Origin: Trypanosoma brucei
Taxonomy: Eukaryota
Assembly: GCA_000002445.1 (NCBI GenBank)
Contig: CP000068.1
Location: 1,504,001 to 1,568,000, forward strand
Direction of reading: 5' to 3'
Length of the DNA: 64,000 nt
The stretch's first letter is position 1, and each line of letters opens with the position of its first letter. The position numbers were made by a program, and so were the translations under genes. This document shows, in pieces, positions 36,494 through 50,605 of the stretch. The notes under the pieces were generated by a model. That model was not told the DNA's origin and ran no database searches. It saw nothing but the letters and a program-made list of their open reading frames with translations.

Positions 36494-37261
36494 CGTGAAT
36501 GTCGTATTTTTCCCTTATCCCGTTCCAGCTTTACTACTTTTGTCGTCTTGAGCAGCTTTTATGATTGGATGTCTGCCGCGGTAGTTACTTTTACCTTATG
36601 TCGCTACTTCTTTTTTAGGGGAAGCTAGTTACAAATGTGAAAAAGCGGGCTTCATTCGTTGCGATTGCCGCCGTTGGTGACTTCCCCTACGGTCAGCTTT
36701 GTGAATAAGCAGAAATGGGCCGGCCTCCCCTTTAGCCCCATGAAACATATTTAAAACCAGGTCTCGTCCTGAACAAAGACCCCCAGTTTAGTAGTTTTTT
36801 TTACTACATGTCTCAGGAATTTTAAAGATTGTTCGCAGTCTGATTACCTTCTATGCTTTTCTATTGGTTATGATTCTGTTTTTTTGTACCTCGCCAAACA
36901 TTTTAAAACTCTCCTCATATCGATATCAGTCCTCTACTATCCATTCCCACTACTCATTGGCAACTCACCTTCACGTGTCCACACAATGGTTCAGCTAACA
37001 ACCACCATCTGAATTTAACTTGTCGTTTTGCCATATTGGCTTCTTTTTGCTTTTTTATCAGTACCTATGCTATAAAAACTGTACAAATTGCTGCAATATT
37101 AGGTTAGAACATTTTTTTCTCATCCTTTGCCTCACCGCATTATGATACCATGTGTTATTCTGCTTGCGGCGGTAGCAGTGGTTGTAACTCTTTTCATACC
37201 GCTATTAGTCTCCAAATGAACTTCTACTGCGTCTATCAGCTCAGTTTCAACTGTAATTCCA

Positions 37262-37420
37262 CGGAGTACGCCACTATTCTTATAATAATGATACACGCTC
37301 ACAGCACTCTCCTATGATAATAACAATAATAATAATTATTATTACTGCTCTTAATGTAATATTAGTAAATACACACTCACAATACTTTCTTATTATTATT
37401 ATTATCATTGTAAAAACCCT
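37262..37420 (-). repeat. Two 70-bp repeat units
   Basis: cttataataatgatacacgctcacagcactctcctatgataataacaataataat … taatgtaatattagtaaatacacactcacaatactttcttattattattatta. Confidence 0.85.
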
Positions 37421-37689
37421 AAATAATGTCCATAAAATTTTAAAAATATACCAAATCAGAATAAAACATTTTTTTCATATTCTATAACCATACTACGTTA
37501 CAGCTATAGGCCGCTTTCGTCCTCATTTTACACAAAGTTTCATACATTTTAATTTTAAAAAAAAATTGCACTTTTTTATAAGTGCTAAAATATATCAAAA
37601 TATATCTAAATATTTTTAAATGTTCTCAAATTTTATAAAATCCTTAATATTTTAAAATGATAGCAAACTCACAAAAGCAGCCGTACTGA

Positions 37690-39176
37690 GAGCCAATTTC
37701 TGACTGATAATAAGACTTGAATCTTTGCAAGCATTATTTTCCCATTTACTCATCTTTGCAGTCTTTGTGCTCTTTACCTACACGCTTTGAGTCATTTTTC
37801 ACATCTTTAACTTCTTTGTTTTCTGCTATTTTTTTCAGCGGCTTCTGTGGTTAAGGTACACTTTGTGCCTTCAAGACGTGTAGAAACAAAGTGGCACCCT
37901 GACGTGCTTTTACAACCAGTTTCATTTTTGTCCCCTATTGCATTACAAACTTCTTCTGGCGGTTTTTGGTTCTTTTCAGCTGAATTCTCTTGTGATTTCC
38001 TGAGTTCGGCTTCCAGTGCTGCTATCCTAAGCGTATTTTGGTTTCTGTAGTAAGCCAAGGTCGCTTGTAATGTTGTTTCTTCGTCTATGTTTTGTAGTTG
38101 TTTCTTAGAGCCCAGTTCGCCCGTGACATCTGTGACTTCTGCTACTTTTATTTTTGCCCAAAGGTCCTTTATGGGGTCGTCAGTTGTTTTGAATTTGGTT
38201 TCGATGATCTGCGTAGCTGCTTGTTCGTTTTGGTGACTTTTCGGTTTGTCTTGCTGCTGGTTAAGTTGCGCTGCTACTTGGTTTTTGACGTAGCCGGCTG
38301 TGATCGCTGCTTTAAGCAGTGTTACCTCGTCGGTTGTTGGTTCGAGGTTGCTTTCGCTCTGAATCTTCCTGGCGTCGTAGTATGCCTGTTTCAGGATGTT
38401 TGTCTTGTCACGACTGCCATCTTCGCCTTGATCGAGCTGGGCGACCCGCTGGAATTGGTTATTGGCGGCTATCTTGAATATCCCTGAGAGCAACGTCGGT
38501 GTCCGAGTGCTGACAATTGACCCAGTTCCGGCTGCAGTTGTGTGAATGAGCCCGCACTTGTTGCTGGCGCCACTGACCACAGCATTGCCTACTACCGCCG
38601 TTATCTTGGTGTAGCCTGCAGCCCCTATATTGGTCTAGTTTATATTGCTGTCGTCCCCGTCGATATCCGTCACCGTGCTTTCACAGCCATGCTTTTTTGT
38701 GTTACCAGTTGTCACGGTGTTGCCGTCGTTGTCGGCAAGGCAGCCGTTGCCGCTGCTATCGTGCGTCGCTTTTAGGACTCTCATTGTGGCTTTATTCGTC
38801 CAGTTAGTTCGAGCATTGTTGAAGCACTGTTGAGTGCCTGCTGGATGGTGGCTCCGAGCGCTTTCCGTTTTGCTTTTACTGCCGCCAGGGTGCCTAAAGC
38901 TAGGACTTCTGTATGTCGCCGCTGGTCTCCTGTAATGTGCGCAGCCTAAAATATTAGGACTTTTAGGACCGGTTTACGCATCACCTGCTCTTCAGCTATT
39001 GCAGCCCTTAGTGCCTTGTATGCTCTGGCTGATACACGTCTCAAGTCATTTGCTAGGTGGCACACTGGCTGCCACGTTGACAGCTCTATGCTTGGCGCAT
39101 CTTCTGATGCTTGCCCCGGAGCCATCACGAATGATAGCACTATGGCTAGTAAGTGTGCTTCCTTAATCAGTTGCAT
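37690..39176 (-). pseudogene. VSG pseudogene (frameshifts between the N-terminus and mid domain, and in the C-terminal domain)
   Basis: ORF 38946..39176 gives the signal peptide and start (MQLIKEAHLLAIVLSFVMAPGQASEDAPSIELSTWQPVCHLANDL). ORF 37807..38580 gives the mid and C-terminal domain (…CHFVSTRLEGTKCTLTTEAAEK). GPI-like text (…ACKDSSLIISQKLALSTAAFV) is in another frame at 37690-37800. A 16-mer variant is at 37582. Confidence 0.85.
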
Positions 39177-40329
39177 TGGGTGTTGTTTAATTGGAAACTT
39201 GTTCCACAGGAGCCGCTATAGCTGTCAAAAAATTATTTATTTCTTTCTAGAAAAATTTTAGTACGATCTGCCTTTGCCACAGTTTGCTTGCATGTCGACA
39301 TATGGTGTTGTTTAGTGGACGGTTAAAAATAGATATGGGAGTTCGTTATCGGTTGGTTTTATAATTTTGGTTATTTCCATGCTTGAGAAATAGATATGCT
39401 CTGCTCTTATCCTCTTTTGTTTACCTCTTAGTTTGCAGCCGGTATCGCTTTCGGTCCCCAGTTCGAGGCGGCTGTGTCTTTGAAGCCGTGCCAGTGCTTC
39501 ACAATCCTTCGGTTTCGCTCACTTTTTAGTGATTCTGCAGCGTCTAGACCACAGCCAAAGTTGCTTTGCCGTTAGTTCCACGTGTTACTACGGCTACGTT
39601 ATATACAGCATTACTTAACCCTTGTCTTCTGTAAAACTTGCTTATGTTTTTTTTTGAAACCAGCAGTTTTTAACTTAGTTACACCGCATTTTTACAATAG
39701 ATTACATACATTCAGGTGCGATCATACAAGTGTATTGGCTTGCTCGGCGGCGTGAAAACGTTTTCTTTGCAACCTCTCACCAGCTGTGAAGCTTTTTACA
39801 CCAGGTCATGCTCCTAAGATTCTAATGTATAGTCATTTACATTATTCCACACCACCTTTAACTTTCGTCAAAGTCCCCTCACTATATGATCACGCTCTCA
39901 TGTTCGTGGAAAAACACACTTTTTTACCACGAATCAGAATCGAATTCTGAACTTACTACTTAGCATCAGAATCTATCATCATATTAAAAAATAGAGTAGC
40001 AACAATCTCCAACAGTACACCTACCTGTTTTTGTTTTAAATTTAGGCCATCACCATTTTGGACTTCCGCTGTGCACTGTTCCACATCCCGTCGTTTCACT
40101 ATGTATTTTCTTTTCATTCCTTTCTATCTTTCGTTACTTTTTCTGCGGGTAACATAGCAACTTCATTTGCCTTGTACACTAGATTCAGTCTCTCCCTCTA
40201 TCTGTCTTAATTCTTCATTCATAATATTTTCGCCCCCACAATTTTATAATCATCCACCCTCATTCACTCACTTACTCACATTCCAATCTTGCTACTTTTC
40301 AAGTTCATCTTTTTGTTTCCGCATTCAGG

Positions 40330-40410
40330 TTTTAACAATATCCTCATACTAATATTTGTATATGCACAGCCACACCACTTTCCTATCACCATTATTGTTA
40401 CAACGCTAAC
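40330..40410 (-). repeat. 70-bp repeat unit
   Basis: aatatttgtatatgcacagccacaccactttcctatcaccattattgtt. Confidence 0.75.
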
Positions 40411-40595
40411 TAATATTCATCAAATAAATAAAATAAACAAAATAAACAAAATTAGAACATCACTCATTTTTCATACCTTATCTCTCTGTTACTTTACATC
40501 CATCGGCCACCTTCATACGAAGGTTTAAATAATAGCATATTTTCATCGAAAAGTGTGAAAATATAACAGAGTCGCAAAAATATAGGTAAAAATTT

Positions 40596-42197
40596 TAAAA
40601 CAGTAAGGCCGTAAAAACAGCGGTCATCAGAGCCAATTACTTATTGACTAGAAAACTTCCATTTCGGCATTTCTCTGTATCCTTGTCATCCTCACCATCT
40701 TTGTCCTTTCTGAAACCACAAACGGGGGTTTGGCCTGCTGTGTTTTCAGCTTCGCATTTGGCTTTGTCAGTGCCGTGTTTGGTGCACCTGTCTGAAGCAG
40801 TTTTTCTCATCTTTCCCTCCTGTTTCTTGAGTTGCTTTTTCTGCTTCTTTTTTGCTCTCTTCACTCAATGTGCACCTTTTCTTTGGTTCTTTTGCTTCGG
40901 CGTCCCATTTGCAGGATGGTTTGCACTCTGTGTTTTTGTTTATCCTATTGCATTTTTCTTCGGCTTCTTCTTGGTTTTGTTTATTGTTTTCTGCTGCTAC
41001 TGCTGCACCTGGCGCTTTTTGGGATTGCTGCTGTATAGCCATTGCATTCAGCTGCAGGAGGTTTGTTAGGCTTTCATTGAGGCTGGTTAATTGAATCTCT
41101 GCCTGCAAAGTAGTGCGTTGCTCATCCTTTAGTGCCTGTTGCTTTTGAGCTGCTTTATCAAGAGCGCTTAGCCATGTCGGCTCCTGTATCGTGTTTGCCG
41201 CACTTACAAACGCTACACATGGACCTGTGCCTCCCGCGTCAGCGCCGTTGCAGTTGCCCGCTGCCCCTGCTGAGCCGACGTATCCTATGTATCCTACGGC
41301 GCCGCCAGTCCCTTTCGGTTCGTATAGCAGCGCCCTAATGCTGCTGCCGGCCTGTGCTATGTCCGTTTGCTGGTTAGCTTTATCGTGGTTGCCTTCGCTG
41401 CTGCAGTGTTCCGTTATTTGTGTCCACGCTGCTAGTGGTTTGCCTTGAGCCCCGAAATCCTGCTCTGTAGCTTGGGTTTTGTAGCGTGCCGCGGCGTTGT
41501 TGCTGGTACTGTCCGAGGCGCATAGACATGTCATGGTTTCTGCTAGTGAATTTTTGCTTGATGAGCCGCTTTTGCTGTTGGTGCCGCAGTGCGCTTCCCT
41601 GGTCGCCCCTGTGCCGGTTAGCTTGAGGTTGACTTTGTTTCCGCCGGGCCCGTATATTGCTTCCTCTAAGGCCGACTTGATTGCGGCGGCAGCGTCGGCT
41701 TCTTCTAAATAGTCTTTGGCTTGGTCCGCTAGAGTTTTCATTAGTTCGACGGTTTTGTTTATTTGCATGTGCAGTGGGCTCGCCGGCTGCGCCGCGATCT
41801 TGAGTTTCTGTTTTTCTTCTGGAGCTAAATTTTTTAGGTAGTTGGCTGCCTCTTGATACTGTGCCTTTGAGCTTCCCTTGCACTTTTCAGGAATCTCAGA
41901 GTCTCCCGTTGCCGCTTCTCCTGATGTGGTTGTTTTGTCTGCCATTTTTGCAATTGCGGAGAGCTCGCTTAGAATTAAAGCTATGTGTTGTGTTCTAAGA
42001 GCCGCATCCTTCGCTGCCGCAGACGGCTTGTTCTTACTTTGGAGCTTTGTGGCAGCCAGCACCACGTTGCATAGCAGTCCAAATGTTTGTCTGTTTTCAC
42101 CTTTGGTCGCGGTTCCCGCTTCAGTGGCTGCCGCGTACGTTATAAGCAGCAATGCTACCGCCACTACCGCTTTAGTTGGCCTTTGGTCCAATCGCAT
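40596..42197 (-). pseudogene. VSG pseudogene (A-type; N-terminal ORF of 476 aa intact; frameshift in the C-terminal domain plus a TAA inside the GPI signal). Paralogue of the VSG at 50606..52147
   Basis: ORF 40767..42197 reads MRLDQRPTKAVVAVALLLITYAAATEAGTATKGENRQTFGLLCNVVLAA… and ends …KKRCTLSEESKKEAEKATQETGGKDEKNCFRQVHQTRH*. The C-terminal domain continues in another frame (ORF 40637..40864: …RCTKHGTDKAKCEAENTAGQTPVCGFRKDKDGEDDKDTEKCRNGSFLVNK*LALMTAVFTALLF*). Confidence 0.85.
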
Positions 42198-42360
42198 CTC
42201 AGTTTGTGTCTAGTGCGTTTCTTTCAGCCTGGATCCGTAGGTAAAAGTGTGAGAAAGATGACGGTTGTTGGTTTTTCCGGCATGTTTTTGAAGTACTTCG
42301 CCTTTAAAAGCTTAGGGTGAGCCAGCTGTTCTGGTGCTCGTTATTTTTGACAAAATAACT

Positions 42361-43458
42361 TCACCATGGACGTTTTGGGACGTCACTTCGACTTAATAAA
42401 TCTGGCGGCCCATTGGAATGGCGGCTCGGGTGAAGCCTTTGCTGCGGTTTCATTGTAATACTGTCGCAAACAATACGGTTGCCATTCACTTCCATGGATC
42501 GCATTAAAATTCTTTTCACATGCATTACATAATGACAATCTTGCATATCCACCGTTAATAACCCCTCAATTTTAAATTTATTCTTTATAACTTCCACGAC
42601 CATAATATCTTCATTGAGTGCTCTAAAATCAATATATGTTTCGACATTTCTGAATTTAATTTCTGATTTTACTAATTTTATCAAAAGCTCATAATCAACA
42701 ATTTTCTTAACTACATCCCTTGATAGTGTGGACGCATAACCTATTGTGTGCCATGTAATTTCGTCACTAAATTCTTTAGGATAACCAACCGCTCTTGCCA
42801 CATTCAATTTCTCCATTGGCAATATTTCAAGGCACTGTAACAACAATGGCACCCTCATAAAAATATTATCATCTGCTTTCATTATATAAGGGTTTGTTGG
42901 CTTGAATAATTACACTGCAAATTTAAACTACAGATACGTGTTTCTACTCATCGTGAGTTCTGCTTCCCATCCCCAATTACACCCCTCTCCAACTTTTTTA
43001 TCTGCTGTAGGATTTACATCGCAAACTGGTAAAATAATAATATCCTGCTTTAACTCCGCCTCTTCTTCAGCGATTACTCTGAGCTCGCAATTGTTATTTG
43101 TATGAGGTGAAAGGGTATATACTACAGACAACTTCCCAGTAAAATTATTTACCTTCCTTGCCGCTTCGGGATAACTCCAACACGTTTCCCTCTGAAGGTT
43201 GCGCCTTCTGAATCTCCCATCATTATCTATGGAAGGTATTCCAGCTACAACCAAATAATCGTCGGCTTTCCAAATCATCCTTACATCTTTCGAAACAAAT
43301 TTAATACACTCATCCTCAACAACTTCTAGTGAAATAGTGTCACACACGTCAAATAAGCTGTATAGTGACGTTCCTAAATTAACAGAAATAACAATTAAAA
43401 AAAGTAAACTATCATTAACCAAATAGTTTGCAAATACTTTATAAGATGCTATTCCCAT
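42361..43458 (-). pseudogene. beta-1,3-glycosyltransferase-like (GT31/GT67-type) pseudogene, copy 2; two in-frame stops (TAG 42928-42930, TAA 42910-42912)
   Basis: ORF 42928..43458 has an N-terminal hydrophobic type-II-like anchor (LLFLIVISVNLGTSLYSL), then …YLVVAGIPSIDNDGRFRRRNLQRETCW…. ORF 42361..42882 reads MKADDNIFMRV…LTVDMQDCHYVMHVKR…. It is collinear with copy 1 (10130..11240). Confidence 0.45.
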
Positions 43459-44117
43459 ATTATTAGAAAACTATTAATATTTGTAAAATCAAAAACGATA
43501 TTTAGAAAATAAGTAAATGCTCTTCACCAAAGTGTTTACATAAGCAATTCCAAGGTATTGTCATGATGTAGCTGTTAAAAAGTCTATGTTAATATTCTGG
43601 AATTTTTATATAACCTCTCCTCTATATTTAGTTTTAGTAGTTATCTAGAGCCACATATAGTGCTTCTAAACAATATAAATCCTTCTGTTCTCTAGAATTA
43701 TTCACATTTTCCTCCAATGTATTTTTGTTTAATTACAGTAGTTACCTGCATCTATGTGTTCAGAAACGCTAATAATTTTACTGTTTATTTGTAGTAACTA
43801 CGACTAACATCCATTTTCGTGACTCTCGCATCACTATAACTTTTGAAACTTATGTAGTTGCCGTCTTGGGCAAAATAATGACACAGTATGGGCTGCACAC
43901 TTCATCTTCTCTCTTACTTATTGTACCCTCTATCATCTCAATGTGCATAATGGTGTACACCGTTACATTTGTGCTCGAATTTACGCCTCTACAATACTCG
44001 TTTCCGTCTGCCTCCTTGACTCAGCTGCTCTTCACATTATTTACTTGGTCTTGTCGCGCCCTTGACATTGTTTCGACTGTTGCTATTGCGGTAAACCATT
44101 TAGTATCTACAAACACT

Positions 44118-44215
44118 AACATTACAATAATATCAGTATATACACACTCACAACACTCACCTATCATCATCATCATTATTATTATTATTATCATGGTAAT
44201 AACATCTTAAACTAT
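44118..44215 (-). repeat. 70-bp repeat unit with a short TTA run
   Basis: atcagtatatacacactcacaacactcacctatcatcatcatcattattattattattatcatgg. Confidence 0.85.
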
Positions 44216-44470
44216 CTTCACTATTTTTATTTGGATTGTAAACCTAAATTACTTCTAATATTCATAAAATAAAGAAAGTAAACTAAATTATAATATCACT
44301 CATTTTTTATACCTTACTCCAAATTGTTTTATACCAATAGGCCACTATCATAAATATTTCATATGTTTGATATTTTTTAAATATTCACAATTTTCAATTT
44401 TTTGCAAAGTTTTTATTAAAAAGTGTTAAAATATATCAAATTTAAAAAATTATTTTGAAAAATAATTTTT

Positions 44471-46041
44471 TCATAAAATTAAGCAAAAATCCTTAGAATA
44501 TAAGAATGCTAAAATGCAACCACACTCACAAGGTAGCAGACGCCAGCGGAAATTTTTTATTTGCGAGGAAACTGTAATCTTTTCAAGTTGAGTCTTACCA
44601 TTTACAACTATCTTCACATTCTTTCTCTCCTTTCCCTGGACATTTATCCTTTTTCTTTCCATTTTTCTCCTGCTTCTTGGCTTGCTTTTTCTAGTCTTTC
44701 CTTCAGTTCCATTTTCGAGATGCACTTTTTTTCAGCTGGTTTGTTGTCGTGAAAATGGCAATGTTCAGTAGCATTACATGTCTTTGGGTCATTGTCTGTG
44801 ATTTTATTGCAAGCTTCTTCTGAATTGCTTGACTGTTTGTTATCTTTGTTAGCTTCTACGTCATCTTTTAACTTGATTATTTCGTTGTTTTTGGCTATTA
44901 TTGAATTAAAAAGCAGTTTTAAAAGTTGCTCAACGCTCTGTATTTCAGAGAGCGAAGTCTCGCCGTTTTCTTTGTCAGAAAATTCTTTGTTTGGAATTTG
45001 TGTTTCTTTAATATCTTTCCATACCTTGAGGTCGGTTGGCTTGTCGCTATCTTTGTAGATCTCTTCTAGCTTCTCGCTTGTTGGGCCGGCGTCGCTGCTT
45101 GTGTCGTATTTTTTTGTTTTCTTCAGTAGCTGGTGGTGGGCTGCTGCCTTTGCTGCTGCCAATTCCTGCAGACATTTAATGGTGAACTTTGTATGCTCTT
45201 TTCCCGCCGCGATTTTATTCTCTGCGGCATATATGAGCAGGTTGCCAAACTCCGCATAAGTGGTTCCGGCTGTAATTTTTTTTCATGTTTTTGCAGGCTG
45301 CGCAATGTGTATCATCGCGGCGCCTGCTGTTGCCTGGCTGAGGTAGCCGGTGTCATATGTTACTGGCGCAGCTAGCGTTTGTGCGCCCACCATGCTGGTG
45401 CCGGTGTGTTGAGTTAGGGCGTAGTTCTGGACAGTTCCAGTCGTTGCTGCATCGCCTGAGGCAGTGGAGAGCTCATCGAACAGAGACGAAGGACTGGTTA
45501 TAGCTTTGTTGGCCGTCGCTTTAGCGTCAAGCTGAGGGCCTACACCGCATTTTTTTCAAGGCTTGCCTTTTTTGCACTGCATTGCTGTTCCTGATTCTTC
45601 TAGGCACCCGTGAGTTTCGCATGTAGCGTAGGCCCCTGCAGCTATTTCTGCGAATTCAGCAATCCAGACCTGTAGGTAACTGCCGGCTGCCTGTGCATTC
45701 AGTGCTACGTCTATTGCCGTTTGCAGCTGTGTGGCTGTTATTGCCAGAAGCTCACGAAGCGATTACAGCAGCGGCCGGAGATTTGTGGCTGCTCCGGGCG
45801 GCTGTCTAGCAAAATATACCATTATTTTCAGTTTGTCTTTTAGCCACGAATCTGCTGTTGCTATGCTCGTTTTTAGTTTGGCAGCCCTCGCCGGAGCTGC
45901 CGTCGCCAACGCTTCCGCTACGCCACACAGTGGCTGCCAGACCGTGTGTTTAACGGCGTCGCCTGCACTTGCGGATGCAGCATCTGCTAGATATATTATG
46001 AGCAATAGCCTCGCTATGTCGTGCATTTGTGTAATGGGCAT
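44471..46041 (-). pseudogene. VSG pseudogene (frameshifts; N-terminus in ORF 45763..46041, C-terminal domain in ORF 44644..45162, tail in 44471..44725)
   Basis: N-terminus reads MPITQMHDIARLLLIIYLADAASASAGDAVKHTVWQPLCGVAEAL. C-terminal domain reads …EEACNKITDNDPKTCNATEHCHFHDNKPAEKKCISKMELKERLEKASQEAGE. Tail reads …ILAFLYSKDFCLIL*. A perfect 16-mer is at 44423..44438. Confidence 0.8.
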
Positions 46042-47221
46042 AGTTGCACGGCTTCTCTTTCTTAGATTTTCTTTCTTGCTTGGGGGATGATGTTGGCAAC
46101 TGACGTATGATATTTGTAGATTTTTTGTCCGGGCCTGGGTTAAGTCGGAATCATGGCATAAAATGGTTGTTGAGGCGTTTAGTTATCTTCTTACGGTGGT
46201 CTTGGCTACGTCTGATCTTAATCTTGCAGTTAGCCGCACCACATCGTTTACTTTAGGTTTTTACTCTCTTTGAGTGCATATCGTCTCGCTGGTTTGAGTT
46301 AGACTTTTGTTGCACTTCTTTAATATTGTTCGTCTTTGTTGAGTAGAACCAACTGTCAACAGCTGACGGCTTTTCTTTTATATCCAAACACTAATTTAAA
46401 CACATTAATAAAAATCTACAACACCTTGATTCCTATCGGTATATCAAATATCAACGTATTCTCCAACATTATAGCTTCTAATTGTTCCAAACTGTCGACA
46501 AACTTTACATATCTGAAATTTCAGTCTTTAGGGTTATTATTAATTTTTGTTTTTCTACAGTTTTATCCGTACTAACTGGTGCTGGAATAACAAAGTAACA
46601 AGAAGCTTTTCAGGGTCAGAATTCCTTTGAAGCTCCTGTTTTTCGTCATTCAGCTCTGTCATCTTCCGGCGTTTACGTTTAAGACAAGGCAAGTTGTTGC
46701 CAGAAAGCGTCTTCTTCACTGCTTTTCTTTTGTTAATGTGTGTTTTCGGTCTAAGGCATATGACCACTCTTACATACCTTAATCATTTCTTATATTTCTT
46801 AGCGTCTAGCGTGTATACCGATATGGAATTGAAGGGATATAACCATTGATCCTCTCCACTTTATAGAGATAGCTCATTGATTCATATACGAGGTTTCTTA
46901 TCCATTTAGTGTCTCCTTCACCTTGAACTTTAGTTAGCATTATCTCCTTGTTCTATCACTGTGTACAACGCAGTTGCTACATTTGTTCGATGTATCGTGC
47001 TGTGTGTCTCAATTATCGCATCCTCAAAATTATATCATATAATAATGTCTTGTCACTTTCTTCTCATGACAATGCGTACAATCAGTTTCATCACTTCATT
47101 TCATTCTACAATGATACCCATTTTCATTCTAATCCACCATTTCTACCTTATTTAATCACCCCCATCGCACGCTTTCCATTGTATTAACTAATTTTCTTTC
47201 AACCATCCACTTACTATTCAT

Positions 47222-47300
47222 CATTGTTTTTATTGATAATATTAGTATTTACACACACTCACAACGCTCTCTTATCATTATTATTAGTATTTATCTTTAA
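47222..47300 (-). repeat. 70-bp repeat unit
   Basis: gataatattagtatttacacacactcacaacgctctcttatcattattattag. Confidence 0.8.
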
Positions 47301-47486
47301 CTAATATCCATCAAATTAACAAAATTAAAAAAATTAGAATATCACTTACTTTACATTCATATACCACTATCACACACATTTAAAAAAAACATGAAAAAGT
47401 GTTATAATATGCCATACTTTTAGAGAAATTTTAAGCTACATAAAATGGATCTAAAATTTTTACCAATAATTCTTAAAGTTGTTAAG

Positions 47487-48946
47487 CTAGAGGAAAAACT
47501 GCAAGCAAAAAGGGACTTTAATTACAGCTGAAAGAACCGTTCCCTCTTTAACTTTGCACTCTTTCTTTTCTGCGTTACAATCGCATTTTGTTTTGTCGCA
47601 ATCTTTCTCTTCGACGGCTGTGAAAACCTCGGCTTTTTTATCCCCGTCTTTCTTATCGTCTTTTTGTCTGGTTTTTCGCTTTGTTTGAGCTTTTCCTCTG
47701 AGCCTGATAACTGAGCTTTTTCCGCTGCTTCTTTGCCGAGATAATATGCTAATACGGTTACACCATCAGCTGTCCCTGCCAATTCAAAGGGAGTCTTTTT
47801 TATTGGCATGTTCCTTATTTTTATGTCAATCCTTGTCTTGTCAATAGTGTCTGTGACTCTTTGCTTGAATATTTCTGGCTTTGCGCCGAAAAACTTGTGA
47901 ACAAGCGCTTTCCTTTCGATTGCATCTTTTGGAAGTGGTGTGTCTGGTGATCTTATATCAGTTAGGGTTTCTGCTAACCGGTTTTCAGCTTCCAGTGTCG
48001 ACAACGGGCGGTTGTGTGGAGGTGTATATGCAGGTTTCGGGGTACGCCTTAGCTGGCAGATAGCTGCTGCTAGGGCTGTTGGTTTGTACTGGTGCGGCTT
48101 ACTGTCGTCGCTGATTTTTGGGCACGCCGTCTGGTCCCCTGTGCTCTTTAGTGCTATCTTCGTTTTTTTGTACGAGTGCGCTTTGTGTTCGACTTTGGGT
48201 AGCAGTGCGTTGGCTTGATTGGCGCCGTCAAAGTCTTGTGATGCCGTGATGCAGGCGCCGGTCGTGTGTGCGGATCCTACCATGGCTCCGTTTACTTCTC
48301 CTTTACTTAGGGACGTCGCTTCTAGGACGTGTCTGCTTGCGGCCGTTGCCGCCAGCGTTATGTGCTCGGTGGTCTGCCATTTGACGTTAGAGCGCTTTAC
48401 GTCGTCTTCTTCGCTGTCTAGGCTGCAATTTTGCGCGGTGTACGAGATTTTGACAGCCGCCTTGCAGCCGTGTATGGTGTTAGTTGAGCCAATTGTGAGT
48501 GGGCTGCCAAGTTTGCTTCCGCTCTCTAAAGTTATTGTTTTGGTTGCTGTATCGTGGTCAGTTAGGTGCACCGCTTCCTGTATTTTTATTATCTCCCGCG
48601 TCGCCGCTACTTGTTCGTTGTGAGCTAGTGTTGCAGAGATTAGCTGTGATACATCTGCCTCGGCGATTGTCGCTAGCGCTTTGAAGGCCACTGCTGTTAC
48701 TGCGTCGTCTGACGAAGCTGCTGCTATTATATATGCCACCGCAGCTTTAACAGCTGTAGTTGCAGCTGATCCGTCGCTCAAATAAGTCGTTTTGATTTTG
48801 TCGTTGATTAATTTAAGATATCTGGCCGTCTGGCCGGGTGTGGATACAGCCTGGCTGGCGGCGTCATCGTCGCCCATGGTGCCCGTTAACTGAGCTGATT
48901 CCACTAGTATTATTAGTGGCTGTCTCCCTGCGTTGGTGTAAAGCAT
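47487..48946 (-). pseudogene. VSG pseudogene (474-aa ORF covering the N-terminal domain; C-terminal domain frameshifted)
   Basis: ORF 47522..48946 is VSG-like through the N-terminal domain (…GSTNTIHGCKAAVKISYTAQNCSLDSEEDD…TGACITASQDFDGANQ…) but ends in non-VSG text (…KRKIATKQNAIVTQKRKSAKLKRERFFQL). The genuine C-terminal domain (…EEKDCDKTKCDCNAEKKECKVKEGTVLSAVIKVPFCLQFFL*) is in the adjacent frame. A 16-mer variant is at about 47398. Confidence 0.75.
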
Positions 48947-50214
48947 CTGCTTGCGTGTGTGAGTGATGCTGCTGGTGAGGTGTCTGTGGAATTGGCTGGT
49001 TGGTTCTGTCGTTGCGAAAGTGGCGGAACAAAAGATATATATTCTTGGTGTGCTGCTGAGATGCGTGCCTACGATGCTAGTACATAGGCTGAGCCGTAGA
49101 ATTTACACTTTTAATTCCATGTTAATTTGTTTGACATCTATATCTATTTAATCTATTGGTTCGTAAATCCGATTGTTCAACTCTTAAAAGTACTTTTCAC
49201 ACTACTACACCTGAAAAATCAAAACTCAAGGTTTCTAATCTTCTCTATTTCCAGACAATTCTGCGTTACATTCCGAATTAATAACCAAGTTCCGCCATTG
49301 CTTCTTAAAAAACGATTACTTTTCGCTCATATTTTGATCATGTGGCGTTAAGTTGTTCCGATGCCGTTAAATGCTGGGTCATTTTTGTAGCTAACGTACC
49401 TTGTGTGACGCTTTTATCTTCACTAATACGCGCCACTAACTCACCATATGCAACCGCTTTTATACGGATTAGTCTCTGTTTAGAAGCTCTTAATGGTTTA
49501 CCTGTATACAAATATGGAATTAGAGGAATTGTGTCTCTAATTCACTTTACTTCATAGAGATACGCTATTTTCTCCTATATGAGCTATTTAAAGACGTTTC
49601 CAAGTTTTTATTCTTATTTTTCTGTCAGCAAAAATCTATTATTGGTACTGGTTTTTAAATTTTCATCCTAAAAGTATTATATTATTTCCAGAAAATATGT
49701 GTCATTATTACTATACATGATGAGACTACTTTGACATTATTTCACATCTACCTAACACCTTTCCCAACCTTCTTAATCTTATTCTTTACATCTGAAGATT
49801 AGGGTACGACATCAGATTAAAAAACGAAGTCAATACCATCTCTACTTTTTCACCAATACATTTTTTGTGAGCTATAAGGCACAGTCTCCTGTACTGTTCT
49901 CTTCTGTGCTCTGCTGCCAGAGCTACCGTTGGTTTACTCAGTTTTTTAATTCCGTCCCTTTGGCTTACTAAAACTGTCACTTCATGTAACGTACGTACTC
50001 CCTTTATCCTCTACGTTGAATTCTGTATCTCCTTCATTTCACTTCTAACGTATTCTTGTGTATGATGCCTCTATCCGTCATTTATATGTATGAAACCGCG
50101 CATACCCAAACTCCTTCTTTGTATCTTTCTCATGGCCACTACCCTACTCATTTCCCTTGCACCTCTCCCATTTTTTGAAGAGCTTCGATTTTCCTCTTTC
50201 ATTCGGTTGCCACA

Positions 50215-50395
<181 letters not shown>

Positions 50396-50605
50396 TAAGA
50401 CTAACTGATTTCGGTCAAATAAACAAGATAAATGACATTAGAATAGTACTCGGTCTTTTTACCTTATCACCATATTAATTGGCATGAATGGTCCTCTTCC
50501 GCACTAAAATTTAGTATTTTTTAAAATACACATTTTTCAAAGGTTCGACAAAAGTGTTATAATATATCAAATTTTAACCAGAAAAATTTTAAAGTACTAG
50601 AAAAA

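Noticed and set aside
47522-48946. Treating VSG 47522..48946 as an intact atypical VSG
   Set aside because: Its 3' 35 codons are non-VSG-like (…KRKIATKQNAIVTQKRKSAKLKRERFFQL). The genuine Cys-rich C-terminal domain and tail are readable in the adjacent frame. This is a frameshifted pseudogene, not a novel C-terminus.
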